A stretch of DNA of 63,466 bases, counting the filler, from Intoshia linei (taxonomy: Eukaryota; Animalia; Orthonectida): NCBI GenBank assembly GCA_001642005.1. It is 7 parts of 7 records of this genome, joined end to end, with 100 filler letters (N's around TTAATTAATTAA, not from the genome) between each part and the next. Parts side by side here need not be neighbours in the genome. Positions count along the whole stretch, not along the records: positions 1 to 4,998 come from LWCA01001836.1; positions 5,099 to 16,696 come from LWCA01001155.1; 5 more parts are not named here. One strand, given 5' to 3'. Both the position numbers and the translations under genes were made by a program. Numbering within the stretch: the stretch's first letter is position 1; each line of letters starts with the position of its first letter. Shown one piece after another: positions 1-12,616 of this stretch. The notes beneath the pieces are model-generated. The model searched no databases, had not been told where the DNA came from, and saw only the letters and a program-made list of their open reading frames with translations.

Positions 1-475
1 ACAACCTTGCCTAAGGAAATCAATGAAAATTGAATCAGTGGTTTCAACGTCAACGGACATTAAGTGTAAGTGGATATATTGAAAGAAATGGCGCTGGAAA
101 TTGCCAGTCTTTTGAATTTGAACGATTTTAAAGCCTCTACTGGTTGTTTAAATTTTTTTTTTAACCAGAGATTCCATTAAATCAAAAAAAATGTAGGAAA
201 ATCAAAATTAGTAAGCGAGTCTATAATAAAAGAATTTAAAGAATTATTTTCTGAAGCTGTAGAAAAATATAGAAATGATAAACATATTTAACTGTGATGA
301 AACCAGATCTTATAAAAGAAAAAATTGAAAACAGCAACAAAATTAGAAACTATTTTCCATTGCAAAAATAAATACTTATACATTTGTGTTAATATTCATA
401 TTGTACAACCAACTCTATTATGAATATTCTAAATATCCGGTCCCTTGACATTCATATTGTACAGAAACCACTGTA
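1..475 (+). mobile_element. Degraded Tigger/pogo DNA transposon, 3' part
   Basis: Broken translation LKEMALEIASLLNLNDFKASTGCLNFF (CENP-B-type HTH) and IFNCDET (first DDE Asp motif). Ends ...ccactg followed by TA at about 475-477. Confidence 0.7.
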
Positions 476-569
476 TTACTTTCTGTAGCATTACATTTTG
501 GTTAAATGAATTTATTTACATTAATACAAAGAAAGTTAATCAGTTTAAATTTAATTTGAAAAAAATTAC

Positions 570-3500
570 CATCACTATCAAATATGGAAAAAACAACATC
601 AACTAGATAGTCATCCAGATCAACATGGCACACAACTTTTGAAACTCGCTTAAATGTAGCTAAATACAAAAAACATAAAAAAGGAATACGAAACGTACAA
701 TTTGATACCTTTATCTATAGAATTTCCAGATAAATTATAAAAAGTTAAAGCAATATCCATATCATTAATACTTTGCAAAATTTTACAAAATTTTTTATAA
801 TTTTCAATATCAATGCCCTAGTATAGTTATAATAAATACTAATTAATAATGTAAACTTTTGTGTAACGTCAAACGTTCTTCACGTGTGTATCATTGTTCA
901 TTAAACAATAACATTAATATTAAAAAAAAATTAATTTTTTCCATTGTAAACAATATTACTTCAGAAGAATCTTTATATGTTTTGTCAATGTTGAGAATCA
1001 TTTCGTTTTTTTTAATTTCACTAAATGAAGCATAAGTGAGCACCAATTTAGCAAATTGAGTTTCATGGATTTTACAATTTTTAGGATTACAATTATTGAA
1101 CTAATAAATATAATTACATTTACATGTTAATAATTTTGATATTATTAACATTACCTCGTACGTCATTATATCTTCCTGTAAATCATTTTGAAAATTTAAA
1201 AATTGATTCAAGGTTAAGGTTCTGTCTAAATTTGGTCCAAATAAATAATTTTGCAATGGAGATTTTTTATCAGTTAATTTTTGAAATGTGCTACGATTGA
1301 CATTGGACATTGAAGATTTTTGACGGATTAGTTTTGTAATCTAAATAATACAAATCTAATGTTAAAATTAGCATATTCTTTAATTTTATATAGAACTAGG
1401 CTGACTGTTATGTACTACGCATAAACAGCACCTAGCTCTGCCGAGGGAACATTTTTATTATATTAAAAAAATAAATTCACGTTGAAAATCTAACTTAAAA
1501 ATCCACTATTCACTATTATCCATAAACAAGTGGTTCCCAAACTTGTTTCAGGTGGAACCATCATATGACATTACTATTGAAAATCTAACTTAAAAATCCT
1601 ACTATTCACTATTATCAATTCTTTAAAGGAAAAAATAAATTCACGTTGAAAATCTAATTTAAAAATCCTACTATTCACTATTATCAATCCTTTAAAGGAG
1701 TGGTTCCCAAATTTGTTTCAGGTGGAACCATCATATCACATTAGAATGAAATTCCGAAGAATTGAATTATATAGATTTCCCCCCATATTTCTTTATTGGA
1801 AATGTGTAGACGTTCAATGCACATTTTTTTTGACATTGTAGGATCAATATTTACTGTTTCAATTTTTATTTTAATCGAAATATTTGAAAAATATTGGTTA
1901 ATAATATATTCAAAATTATTTTTCACCGGGAATACGTAGATTTCTCGGGTTGAACTTTTGTATTTATATTAACTGGAATAAGCTCTATCAGAATAATCTT
2001 TTTTTAGTTTTCGGATAGTTAATTATTTCACATTTTTTGTTTTAATAAAATATTTCAAAAAAAACATATGAATACTAAAATGCTTTTTTGACCGTAAAGT
2101 CGTCACTTATTCGGATTGAAATTTTTTAAAATTCTAGGGCTGATTTCATTAAAAAAAGAAAGGTAATTTGTGGTTTTGGCCCTTAAGATATAATTTTTTT
2201 AAATTTAAATTTATGATAATGTTTATGATTTTAAAATGCGTATCAGTGTATATATTTTTTTAAATTCTCCAACTCGTTTGATTTTCAAAAAGAGGGACAA
2301 TTGAGGTTTTTGACCCGTAAGATGTAAGTTTGGGAGGTTGAAATTATGTTTGCGAACACCCCCGGCAAAAATTGTAATTGAAACGTGAAATGAATTGATC
2401 TAAGACGGGTAATTATTTAAATAAAGCTGGACACACAGACACAAACAAAATTCGCGTAGCATATTATATAAGTTAGGATAAGTAAGGATATTGGAAATAA
2501 TTATTTGTAATTAAAAATTAAAAAAGTTGATAAAAATTTTATTATATTTTTTTGAATATCACGGACACCGAGGCATATAGTTTTGATCCACAAGGGTCCA
2601 GCAACACACATCGGGAACCAGTGCTATAAAGTAGTGGTAATAAAGAATAGTAGCATTTTTATGTGAGATTTTATTATGGAATTTATTTTTTTGGTAGAAA
2701 TAAAAAAGTTCACCCTCAGGAGAGCTAGCTACTGTTTGACTAAGTACATAACAGTCTAGCTAGTGCATTTCTAAAATTACTTGATTAAATTCTTGACAAC
2801 TGAGTTTGTCATCCCCGTTTTCATCAAATACCTTGAACGTCAATTTAAATATCCTTTTTGATGCTATAAAATGCATGATAAATATAAACATAAAAAAATA
2901 ATCCCTGGAGAGTCACCAGTATTCCTAGGTCAGTTTAAAACGACATCAATGCTTACAAAGTTTTAGTTTTGTTAATATGATATACCAAGCAGAATGTATC
3001 GAGTAACTCGGTCCAAATAAATGAAATTAACCGCAACGACTTGAGACTTAATATTTCATAACCCAGCAAATACATGTTAATATCCTTAGTAAGGATTCCT
3101 TACTTACATATCCAGGCAAAACCTGAATAACATGGTTTTTTGTATCAATAACCACGTCAATCGGACTTGCCTGGTATATTATCCTTTTTAAGGAAAAATG
3201 AATGTAATTAATTTAAATTTACTTCCCAATATCAATAACAAGAGTAAATAATCATTGTATGAAATGAGTGAATTTTGGTAAATTTTGTTTAAAACACTTT
3301 CCTTTCCAAGTAACTTTGATGTATGAAATTGTTTCATCTAAAATTGTAATTAATGTACACATGAATATCATCCGTCAATGGGCTCTAAAAAGTTTGACTA
3401 CCGCTGATATACATCATGCTGGTTAATTTCATTTTGTAATAATTCAATCTTATAGAAAGGTTCAAATATTTTATACATCCCTTATTTATATAAAATTCAA

Positions 3501-4660
3501 TTAAATACAGCTTATTCTAGTTGACGTAGACACCAAATTTCCACAGATATATTTATATATATCCATTCATGTAATACAGATATTTAAAATTTTATTTTTT
3601 CAGGGATTCATATTTTTTATGATAATTTATTATGGTGAGAAACAGAGACAAACACATATTTTTAAAAACTTAGATTGATACAAGAAAGAATAACATTAAA
3701 ATATTTTAATTTGAATGAGCATGATTTTTAAATGATAAATAGAGCAGTGTTTTATGGCAAAATGCCATTTTTTATGATAATCAGCACGAAATTATAAGCA
3801 TCATGATATCAATATTATGTTTATTAATTAGCTAATTAACAATTTATAAAGTCATTAAATGCCATAAAGTAAGTTTTTTTTTAAATGCCATAAAGTCAAT
3901 ATTTTTTTAAAAGGATATTCGACTTAAAAAGATGATATTTATAATATAATGAACAATAAAATTGAACAAATACCACCTTATCTATATAATTTATAAAGAA
4001 AAGTACCACAAATAGTGTTGAACGTAGTTTTAGTTTGATAAAAAAATTGCTAACTAAATAGAGGCAATTTTTACTAGATAATGTTAAGAAGTATATTATG
4101 TTATACTACAATAAACATTAATAATTTTCAACATCTCTAATATCACACCATGAGATTTACATTGTTTATTTCATTTGGAGTTCCTTGTTATTCATATTTA
4201 TTATTACACGCATAAATATTCGTTATTTTAAGTTTTATTCATATTAATTTATTATGTAAAGTGATCGACACCATCATGATCGGGGCCTATGCGAAAATTA
4301 AGGTGTATTAAATATTTTATTGATTTAATTTAAGGCCTACGAAAGGAAGGTTTGGGGTACGGTAGATTCAGTTGGTATTAACCATAGAAACAAACAAAAA
4401 TTTTAAGGTCAGATAAAGTCAGTAAATTTAATTTTTAGGTCAGTTTTTTTGTTATTCTATAGGTCCATAATAAATTGCCCTAATGATAAATATGGTTACA
4501 TAATCTTCCAATGGAATAGTTTTAAAACGATCCAATCCATAATCTAAATTGTAATTGTTAAAATAATGCTTATAGTAATCACTGTACTACAGTGTACATG
4601 AAAATTATGTAAAAATAAATAAATCACCATCCGGTTGCCTTTGACCTGGACTAATCGATC
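570..4660 (-). CDS. MICU1: Mitochondrial calcium uptake protein 1 (EF-hand), partial multi-exon gene
   Basis: GT-AG exons at about 4628-4660 (IRSISPGQRQPD), 4499-4550 (YGLDRF), 3222-3339 (LISYNDYLLLLLILG), 2780-2864 (FKLTFKVFDENGDDKLSCQEF), 1155-1340 (YLFGPNLDRTLTLNQFLNFQNDLQ), 960-1100, 709-817 (INDMDIALTFYNLSG) and 570-659 (LDDYLVDVVFSIFDSDG). Collinear with MICU1. Last exon(s) lie off the window start; the 5' part is lost at the gap. Confidence 0.9.
1396..2478 (-). mobile_element. Non-autonomous Helitron, family copy 1
   Basis: On the minus strand: 5' TC-CTAACTTATATAATATG then a (TG)n tract; 3' hairpin then CTAG (1396-1399); flanked by A/T with no TSD. Internal duplication of the 3' subterminal block at about 1470-1740. 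Confidence 0.85.
2630..2763 (+). mobile_element. Solo Helitron 3' end (divergent variant)
   Basis: ccctcaggagagctagctactgtttgactaagtacataacagtctagctag matches the 3' terminus of the Helitron family. Confidence 0.65.
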
Positions 4661-4998
4661 TAAATTTGATATTTTATGTTTTTAACTTGTTTAATCACAT
4701 TATAGTTTGTTATTATTACGAAAATATTTTACATCTACCCTAAACGAATTGAAACATTGTTAATAATGATGGTCATTGTCACAAATGGATAGATGTTAAG
4801 CATACTACACTAAAAACCTCCAAATATCACATTTAAAACTATCATAGTCATATATAATATATTTTTCAAAAGGACCACTAGAAAAATCAAGGAACTATGT
4901 AAAATTTTTTCTATTTGGGGGCCAAAGTAAATTATAGGGCCCAGAAAAAATTTTATATATATTTTAATGTATTAATATATAATTTATTTCGAATACAT

Positions 4999-5098
4999 NN
5001 NNNNNNNNNNNNNNNNNNNNNNNNNNNNNNNNNNNNNNNNNNTTAATTAATTAANNNNNNNNNNNNNNNNNNNNNNNNNNNNNNNNNNNNNNNNNNNN
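4999..5098. other. Assembly spacer (44 N + TTAATTAATTAA + 44 N)
   Basis: Seen directly; the same 100-bp spacer occurs six times. Confidence 0.98.
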
Positions 5099-5210
5099 TT
5101 TGATAGCGAACTGTAAAATTAAAAAGAGAAGTATCATGTTGATCAGGAAAATGTCAGCTTTTTGTATGGGTCTCATGCAGATCCTCGAAAAAAGTTTTCA
5201 TTTTGTTGTC

Positions 5211-5730
5211 TAGTGTAATACTACGCGATTTTTGCTTATGTGTGTATGTGTGTGTTTGTTTCAATTTATTGAAATAACTACCGGTCTTAGAATTATATAA
5301 ATTCCACATTTCAATTACAGTTTTTTCCGGGACGTATAATAAGATAAATTTCAACCCTCCAATGTCACATCTTACGGGTCAAAAACGTCAATTGTCATTC
5401 TTTTTAAAAATCAAACGAGTTAGAGAATTTAAAAAAATTATATCTTCAGAGCCAAAACCTCAAATTACCCTTCTTTTTTTAATGAAAACAGCCCTAGAAT
5501 TTAAAAAATTCAATCCGAATAAGTGACGACTGCACGGTCAAAAAAGCATTTTAGTATTCATATATTTTTTTTCCGAAATATTTTATTAAAACAAAAAATC
5601 TGAAATAATTAACGGTCCGAAAATTAAAAAAAAAAATTATTCTGATAGAGCATATTCCAGTTAATATAAATACAAAAGTTGAACTCTAGAAATCTACCCA
5701 TTCCAGATGAAAAATAATTTTTAATATATA
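5211..5730 (+). mobile_element. Truncated Helitron family copy
   Basis: Reverse-complement match to copy 1 from the (TG)n tract through tccgaataagtgacgac and gaaatattttattaaaacaaaaaa. Confidence 0.75.
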
Positions 5731-5850
5731 TAAAATAAATAAATGTATATTTCTAGCTAGTATCTTTTCTATTTATATCTCCATGTATTGATATATAGTA
5801 TATAGTTGGTTAACATAATCAAATTTGAAAAAACATCTATTATCCTAATG

Positions 5851-6437
5851 CAGTGTTTCTTAAGCTAGAATTCTCATAATATTGCAGAGATTTTTAAAAA
5901 AAATTGTGTAGTGTTATGAAATTATGTTATGTATAAATCATGACGATTTTACAATGACATAAAAATTTAATATTTGATATACATTTTATATGAGAAAATT
6001 TATCAAGTGTATTCCCGTTTATTTAAAAACAATACGTTACGTTAATTAATAGTGAAATGTACGAAATGAAAGTAAAAGAAGAATAGTTTTTCTAATGAGT
6101 GTTTTAACTTAAATTAAATTCTTATAATATTGAATCTTGACAGTCATGAACTCAAATTACCATTTTATTAATACAAATATTGAAAATTATTACTGAAAAA
6201 ATATTGAATAAATAAAATTTTTAGAATTTAAAAAAATATAATGCCAAGACAGTTTTTTTCATTTGCTATAGAAAAGTTGAAAGGTATTATAAAAATTTCG
6301 ACTTTATTTTACAAAGATTAGTACATTAAGTGATTTAGAAATTATTTAAAGTCATTTTATTTAATTTTTTAACAAATTTAATATTAAATTAATAATTGAA
6401 ATAGGTATACTTGGTGTTTTAGGGTTAAGAACCACTG
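5851..6437. mobile_element. hAT-type MITE
   Basis: Imperfect TIRs cagtgtttcttaa ... ttaagaaccactg; TSD not clearly preserved. Confidence 0.5.
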
Positions 6438-6673
6438 CTCTATTTTAATGATCGTACTCGATGCTGATTTTATTATTTTATAATTTTATTGTAGTTTTTG
6501 GTATATTATAACGAAAATAAATATATAATAGATGTATACTTATTAACTGTATACATAAATGAAAACTAACAAATATATTAGGCATGGTAGCTTTGGCTCT
6601 TGGTATGTTCAGATTAATTTACAGACTATAAAATATAACTATATAATGAATGTATTATATTACTATCTAAATA

Positions 6674-7755
6674 CAGAATAACATCCGTTATTCGCCCGGG
6701 TAATTTTTATTTATATAGTACTTCCAAGGTAAAATTTTATTATTCACCCAAAATTTTTGATGAAAAATATATAAATATCAAATTTTATACGTATTTAATT
6801 GAATTTTTTATTTTAAAACCGTTTCATATAACTTTCACTAATTAACAATTAAATAATTATGTGATTAAATAACAATCTAACCAAAATAACCGACTTTGAT
6901 AATCGGCAACATCAATTAAAATTGTAATTTTTTTTTATTAATTTTTAATCAAAAAACAAGTTTTATTTAATTGTTTATACCGAAAAATACATTTTTTATT
7001 ATTTCTATCCTAGATAAATTTGCAACGTTCATTATGAATAATAATGAAATACACTCTATTAACTAACGAAGAAAAATATAGAATAATAGAATATATTATG
7101 TTTCCATGATCAATTGTCAAGTATTTTCACGTCATTAAAATATGAAGAAGTAGAACGCAAATTATTGATTTGGATTGAAAAATTAGAAATGAAAGAAATG
7201 ATATTAACTAATTTGATATTAGTAGAAAAGGCGAAAATGTTGGTACAAGAAAATAACATAACATACTTAAAATGTTCGCAAGGGTGGCTAGATAAGTTTA
7301 AGAGGAGAAACTTTTTAAAGTTACGTTCTCTTAATGGTTAAATTTTTGAACAAAATAGAACAGATTTCTCTGAATTCAGACAAACAGTTAAGGATATAAT
7401 TAAAAAATATGGTTCAAAGAATATATTTAATATGGATGAAACAGGATTATTCTTTAAATTAATTCCCTCTAAATCAATATGCTCAAAGAAACGACCTGGC
7501 TTTAAATTGTTGAAAGATGGTGTTAGCATAATGATCTGTGCTACACTGTGCCGTACATTTTAAACAAGATGACAATGTTAACATCAGTGAAATACGATCA
7601 ATAAAAAATCTAAACAGTTACACAAAAAAAGAAGTTGGAATAATGCAATATTTTAAAATAATTAAAAAATAAATATTATAATTACCATTATTATATTCCG
7701 TTATTCGCCCGATATTTCTAATCTCCATTTTGGGCGAATAACGGAGGTTATACTG
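6674..7755 (+). mobile_element. Tigger/pogo transposon, internally deleted, with transposase pseudogene
   Basis: TIRs cagaataacatccgttattcgccc / gggcgaataacggaggttatactg, TA on both sides. Internal ORF 7114-7341 (YEEVERKLLIWI...KCSQGWLDKFKRR) continues past a stop into YGSKNIFNMDETGLFFK. Confidence 0.9.
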
Positions 7756-7955
7756 TATGTATGGGTACCATAAAACTTTTTTGTGAATACAAAAAGAAAT
7801 CAATGGAATATATTGCAAAAACTACATAAACGTTTATAAAATATTACAAATCAAATACTGAAAAGTGTGATATGCTCGATATAATATAATATTATAATTA
7901 AATCATAATAGGAGGAGGTAAATATTTAATTATTCAATTTATACATAGTATACTG

Positions 7956-8377
7956 CAGTGGTTGCCAAATAAGGGACTTGGCCTCACATAAGGGTCTTTA
8001 GAGTGTGAGGGGGGGCGCAGATTTAAGAAAAATTTTAAAATTAAATTAGAATTTTTAACATTAAATTGATTTAGTAATTGATATTTAACTAATATATTCT
8101 TGAAATTTAAATGTTTTTAACCCTTACGAGACAATAACACGTATATATACAAAAAAGAACAATCATAAATTTACAATTGTTTAAATACTAGGGTGTCAAC
8201 TATGTTAAAGAATAATATATAACGAAAATAAAACCAGTAATATTAAAAGATAACATTTTTTTAATGGCTGTTATAATAATATAATAAACATATTTATTAT
8301 TTTGTACTTATTGATCTTTTCTAACAATATTTGTATACTGTTAGGGCGGTCGACAATATATTTTTTGGGAACCACTG
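7956..8377. mobile_element. hAT (Buster/Charlie-type) MITE
   Basis: TIRs cagtggttgccaaa / tttgggaaccactg; 8-bp TSD gtatactg / gtttactg. Confidence 0.8.
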
Positions 8378-9153
8378 GTTTACTGTACACTGTACATTAA
8401 TTTGGTCACCAGATTCTGGTGTTTCAAAATTTGAAAAATTTTGTCATTGGTAACAACTTTAAGTAAGAAGTAGTGTATTTTTGATCAATAACGGTTATTG
8501 CCAAAAAAAATTTTTTCAAAACGAAGGAAGATCGCACGCAATTTTAATTTCTGATAGAAAAGACGTGATTTTGATTAACTTTTTTATTTCCATATTTAAA
8601 ATGAAATTATAGCTTAATTATTATAATTTTTTGTCAATTAATATGAAAACTATTTAATATTGGCGCACCTGATTTTGGTGTTATTTGTCTATGTGGTAAA
8701 AATTCCCTGTCCCACTTCTCTAGTGGTTAAAATAATTTTGTGCGAAACTTAATAATGTGAAAAACTCAATATAATTGAGCTACAACCAAATTAAAAAATT
8801 TTTAAATATATAGTGGAACATGAGAATCAATATAAAAGCACGATTAACCTTATTTATTACATTAACAGGTACACACAATTTTTGTGTCGCGTATAAATGT
8901 TTAAATGCAATATGAATAGTATGGATATAAAATTTTAGTTGGTAAGCTACTAAATTTAATTTATTTTTAAAAATTAAAAAAAAATTTAGCTGGTAAAATA
9001 TATTAAAATTTACATGATTATAATATTTAATTTATTATATTTAATATTATATATATATTACAACATTAAAAGTCATAATTATATTATTAATATTAATAAT
9101 ATCTAATATTATATAATACATATAATTATATTAAAATGTTTGTAATATATTTC

Positions 9154-10788
9154 ATGAATGCTAATATTGTTTTGATTATTTTAGTGTTGGGTGGTAAGTA
9201 AAAATGAATTCATAGTTACAATAATATATATGTTGTTTTAATTTAAACTTGTATAATTTTTAAATTTCCTGTGTAAATGTATAAAAATAAAAGAATAAAG
9301 TTTATCAAAATTATGCTCTGTATAGTATAGAAAAGGAAATCTCAACGGGATCCATAAAAATTAGATACATCTATTACATATTATAGACATTTTCAGTAAC
9401 ATAAAGTCGTTTTTAAAACATAAACGCTCAGAAATACTAATATAAAACGTGAAAATCATGTCAAAGTAAATTATTTGGTTTTAATGTAAATTAAATTACT
9501 TACAAGTGTAAAAACTTATTAGAAACCTCTATTGTTCTATTTTATAAGCAGCGGTTTTATTTAATTATTTTATTAAAATTTATGACCGAGCCAAGTTAAA
9601 AAAAAATTGAAATTGAAAATGGGACCAAAAATAAGTCAATATTTATGATTCTATGAAACATCAACCAAGGAATATAAAATATTAATTTTTCAGTAAGATA
9701 GTAGATAATATAGACTTTTTATTGATATGATAAAATATGCAGTAAACAATTAATAATGTACTGTAAACAATACCTGAAAAACATGTTTCATTTTGGGAAC
9801 ACAGACGGGTTAACGGTTAATATTAATAGTTCATCAAGTTTATCATCTAGCAAAAATAGAGTACTCCATGTCTTTTGATATTCATTCGTTTGTCCCAAAT
9901 GTAATGATTCATTAAAAATTGTCATTATTATTAATTTTTTTGGGGTCCACATCGAAAAATGGTTAAGAATACACAGACAGTGAAAGAGTTAAAAAATATA
10001 ATAATATATGATTTAAATAAAATTAAGATAAGATTAAGATTAAAATAAGATATGATTTAAAGCTTATCTACTATGTATTAATATATTTACTATATATAAT
10101 ATAATGTACTAATACATTTTAATGCTTATATGAATAACATTCACTTATACAGCAGATAATTTAAGAATAAATTTAGCTCAAATGAATCGTAAATATAATA
10201 TGAATTTAATAATTTATTAATAATAATTACATTATAATGCACTACGAACTATACTTAAGGGGAAAATGTTCCCTATATTTATTAATCTGCTCATTATAAT
10301 ATAATATGTGTCACTTTGGGAAAATTTGCAAATTTCATTGGCGTATAATTATAAATGTGTCAATTTTTAATTTAAATGTGGTTGTATTATAATAATAATT
10401 ATAATATAATTCTGTTCTATCTTTTAAACCCACTACATTCATTATTAATATCACTCAATTTCATGGGAATGATTTTTTTATGAATGTTTGTTATATTTTT
10501 ATTGATGTTAATTGTAATAATGTTTTAATAATTTAGCTATGTGTAATTGATTGTACTAATACGTTTAACCATATATAAAATAAGAGCATGTAATAATAAT
10601 AATAAAATGAAAAATTTTAATTGATTGTTAAATTATAAATTTTAGTAAAATACTTTTTAATCATCGGATTACCGGCTATTGCAATAACAGTAATCATTAC
10701 AATAGTATTGATTATATGTTGCTGTTGTGTTAAAAGAAAAAGAATAACATCTAAAAGTAATAATAGTAGACGTAGACGTTATCGTTAA
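9154..10788 (+). pseudogene. Putative single-pass membrane protein gene, probably disrupted
   Basis: Exon 9154-9193 MNANIVLIILVLG followed by gtaagt (signal-peptide-like). Last exon 10646-10788 KYFLIIGLPAIAITVIITIVLIICCCCVKRKRITSKSNNSRRRRYR*. The candidate middle exons carry in-frame TAA codons. Linking the first and last exons into one gene is inference. Confidence 0.4.
9794..9993. mobile_element. Two piggyBac-like MITE termini
   Basis: gggaacacagacgggTTAA (about 9794-9813) and acacagacagtgaaagagTTAA (about 9971-9992). Confidence 0.4.
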
Positions 10789-10969
10789 TATTGTGATAAT
10801 ATTATTTTATACAAAAAAACAATAAACGTTATATTTAATAGTAATTTAGCATCTATTCTCTTCCAGAATCTGAATATCAGACCCAGTCAATGTTGCATTG
10901 ATAATTATTGCAATATATTTTTGAAAGTCATTTAAATATGAATTATCTATATTCTTGATAATTTTTTTA

Positions 10970-11891
10970 TCCTTACTCATATAATATGATTTGTGTGTGT
11001 TATCGTTTATTTCAATAACTAGTAGTCTTAGAATTTTATAAAGTCCACATTTCTATTTATTTTTTTTCCGGGTGTTAGCAAAATAAATTTCAACCTCACC
11101 AACTTACATATTACGGGTCAAAACCCCAATTGTCTCTTTTTTTTAAAACCAAAAGTTAGAGAATTTAAACAAATATATACGCTAATACGCAATGAATGAA
11201 TCATAAACATTATCATAAATTTAAATTTAAAAAAATTATATCTTTAGGGCCAAATCCCCTTATTACCCTTTTTTTTGATGAAAACAGCCCTAGAATTTCA
11301 AAAAATTTACAGGTGGTACAGTTGTATCCTGTACACATAAAAAATGTCAATCCGAATAAGTGACGACTTCACGATCAAAAAAGCATTTTAGCAATCATAT
11401 ATTTTTTTCCGAAATATTGTATTAAAACAAAAAATGTGAAATAATTAACGGTCCGAAAATTAAAAAAAAATTATTTTAATAGAGCTTATTCCAGTTGATA
11501 TAAATACAAAATTTCAAACTTAGACTTCTACGCATTCCCGGTAAAAAATAATTTATAATATATTATCAACAATATTTTTTAAATATTTCGATTAAAATAA
11601 AAATTGATCCTACAATTTCAAAAAAAAATGGGATAACATTTGTTTTTAAAATTCTTTACAAAAATGTTAACGAACAAAAAATTAAGATGAAATAATTCAC
11701 TTTAAAGTAATGTGATATGACGGTTCCACCTGAAACAAATTTGGGAACCACTCCTCTAAAAAATTAATAATAGTGAATAGTAGAATTTTTAAGTTAAATT
11801 TTCAACGAGAATTTATTTTTTACGTATAATAAAAATGTGCCCTCGGCAGAGCTAGGTCCTTTTTGTACGTAGTACATAACAGTAAACCTAG
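10970..11891 (+). mobile_element. Non-autonomous Helitron, copy with both termini
   Basis: a^TCCTTACTCATATAATATG...(TG)n ... ccctcggcagagctagg ... tgtacgtagtaca hairpin ... CTAG^t. Confidence 0.88.
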
Positions 11892-12084
11892 TATTATATA
11901 AGTAAGGATAAACATAAATAAATAGAGGTACGTGAAATTTTCGCATCCGTTAAATATAGAACATTTCATAATCGTCATTTCGAAATAATCAGTAGATTCT
12001 CTAATAAAGTAACTTTACTCTATTCGAAGCTATTAGAAAAACTAGTATCTAAGGTTTCCGTCACACATGACTGCAGTTTAAATT

Positions 12085-12604
12085 ATGCATTTAGAAATTT
12101 TAATATTGTTTCTAAAAATATTTGAAATAAACGGTAATAAATAAAAATAAAAGGAATGATAAAATTTTAGCAATACAATGTTATGAATGTGATAGTAATG
12201 AAGATGAAACTTGTCCATCAAATCAAAGATTTGATAAAACGAGAAACGCCGTAGTAGATTGTAACACGGACGAAGCACATGTCCCCGGAACCTATTGTGT
12301 AAAAATAACCCAAGAAAGCGCTGGATGTTTGTATACTGTAAACTAATATTAATGAATATTTAATTTAGGGCACTGGTGGAAGAAAATTACACGACGGTGT
12401 GGATCAAAATCAGACACAGGTTCGTTACAACATTGTTAATTTATCCATTAAACAGGAGTTGCATGGGGCTGTACTTGGTTATATAAAGACCTGGGAGTAT
12501 TTGAAGAAATGTGTTATTGTGATAATGTAGATGGGTGCAATTCATCAAATACTGTATATGTAAATATTTTATTATTTGTTGTATTGATTTTAATAGTACA
12601 ATAA
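12085..12604 (+). CDS. Quiver/sleepless-like Ly6 (three-finger) GPI-anchored protein
   Basis: Exons 12085-12133, 12171-12326, 12369-12419 and 12456-12604 (introns 37, 42, 36 nt) splice in frame: MHLEILILFLKIFEINAIQCYECDSNEDETCP...DC...YCVKI...ITRRCG...GC...EMCYCDNVDGCNSS plus a hydrophobic C-terminal tail. Confidence 0.88.
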
Positions 12605-12616
12605 ACACCATTGTAA

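Noticed and set aside
5043-5054. TTAATTAATTAA as a biological repeat
   Set aside because: It is always centred in N runs of identical length, so it is a synthetic linker.
6566-6632. Exon-like GC bump as a MICU1 5' exon
   Set aside because: Stops in all three minus-strand frames after the candidate acceptor, and it lies on a different contig from MICU1.
10230-10600. Reassigned genetic code (TAA read as Gln)
   Set aside because: Conserved genes (G-alpha-o, the Ly6-like gene, XPF) end normally in TAA and their exons have no in-frame TAA; these stops are better explained by decay.
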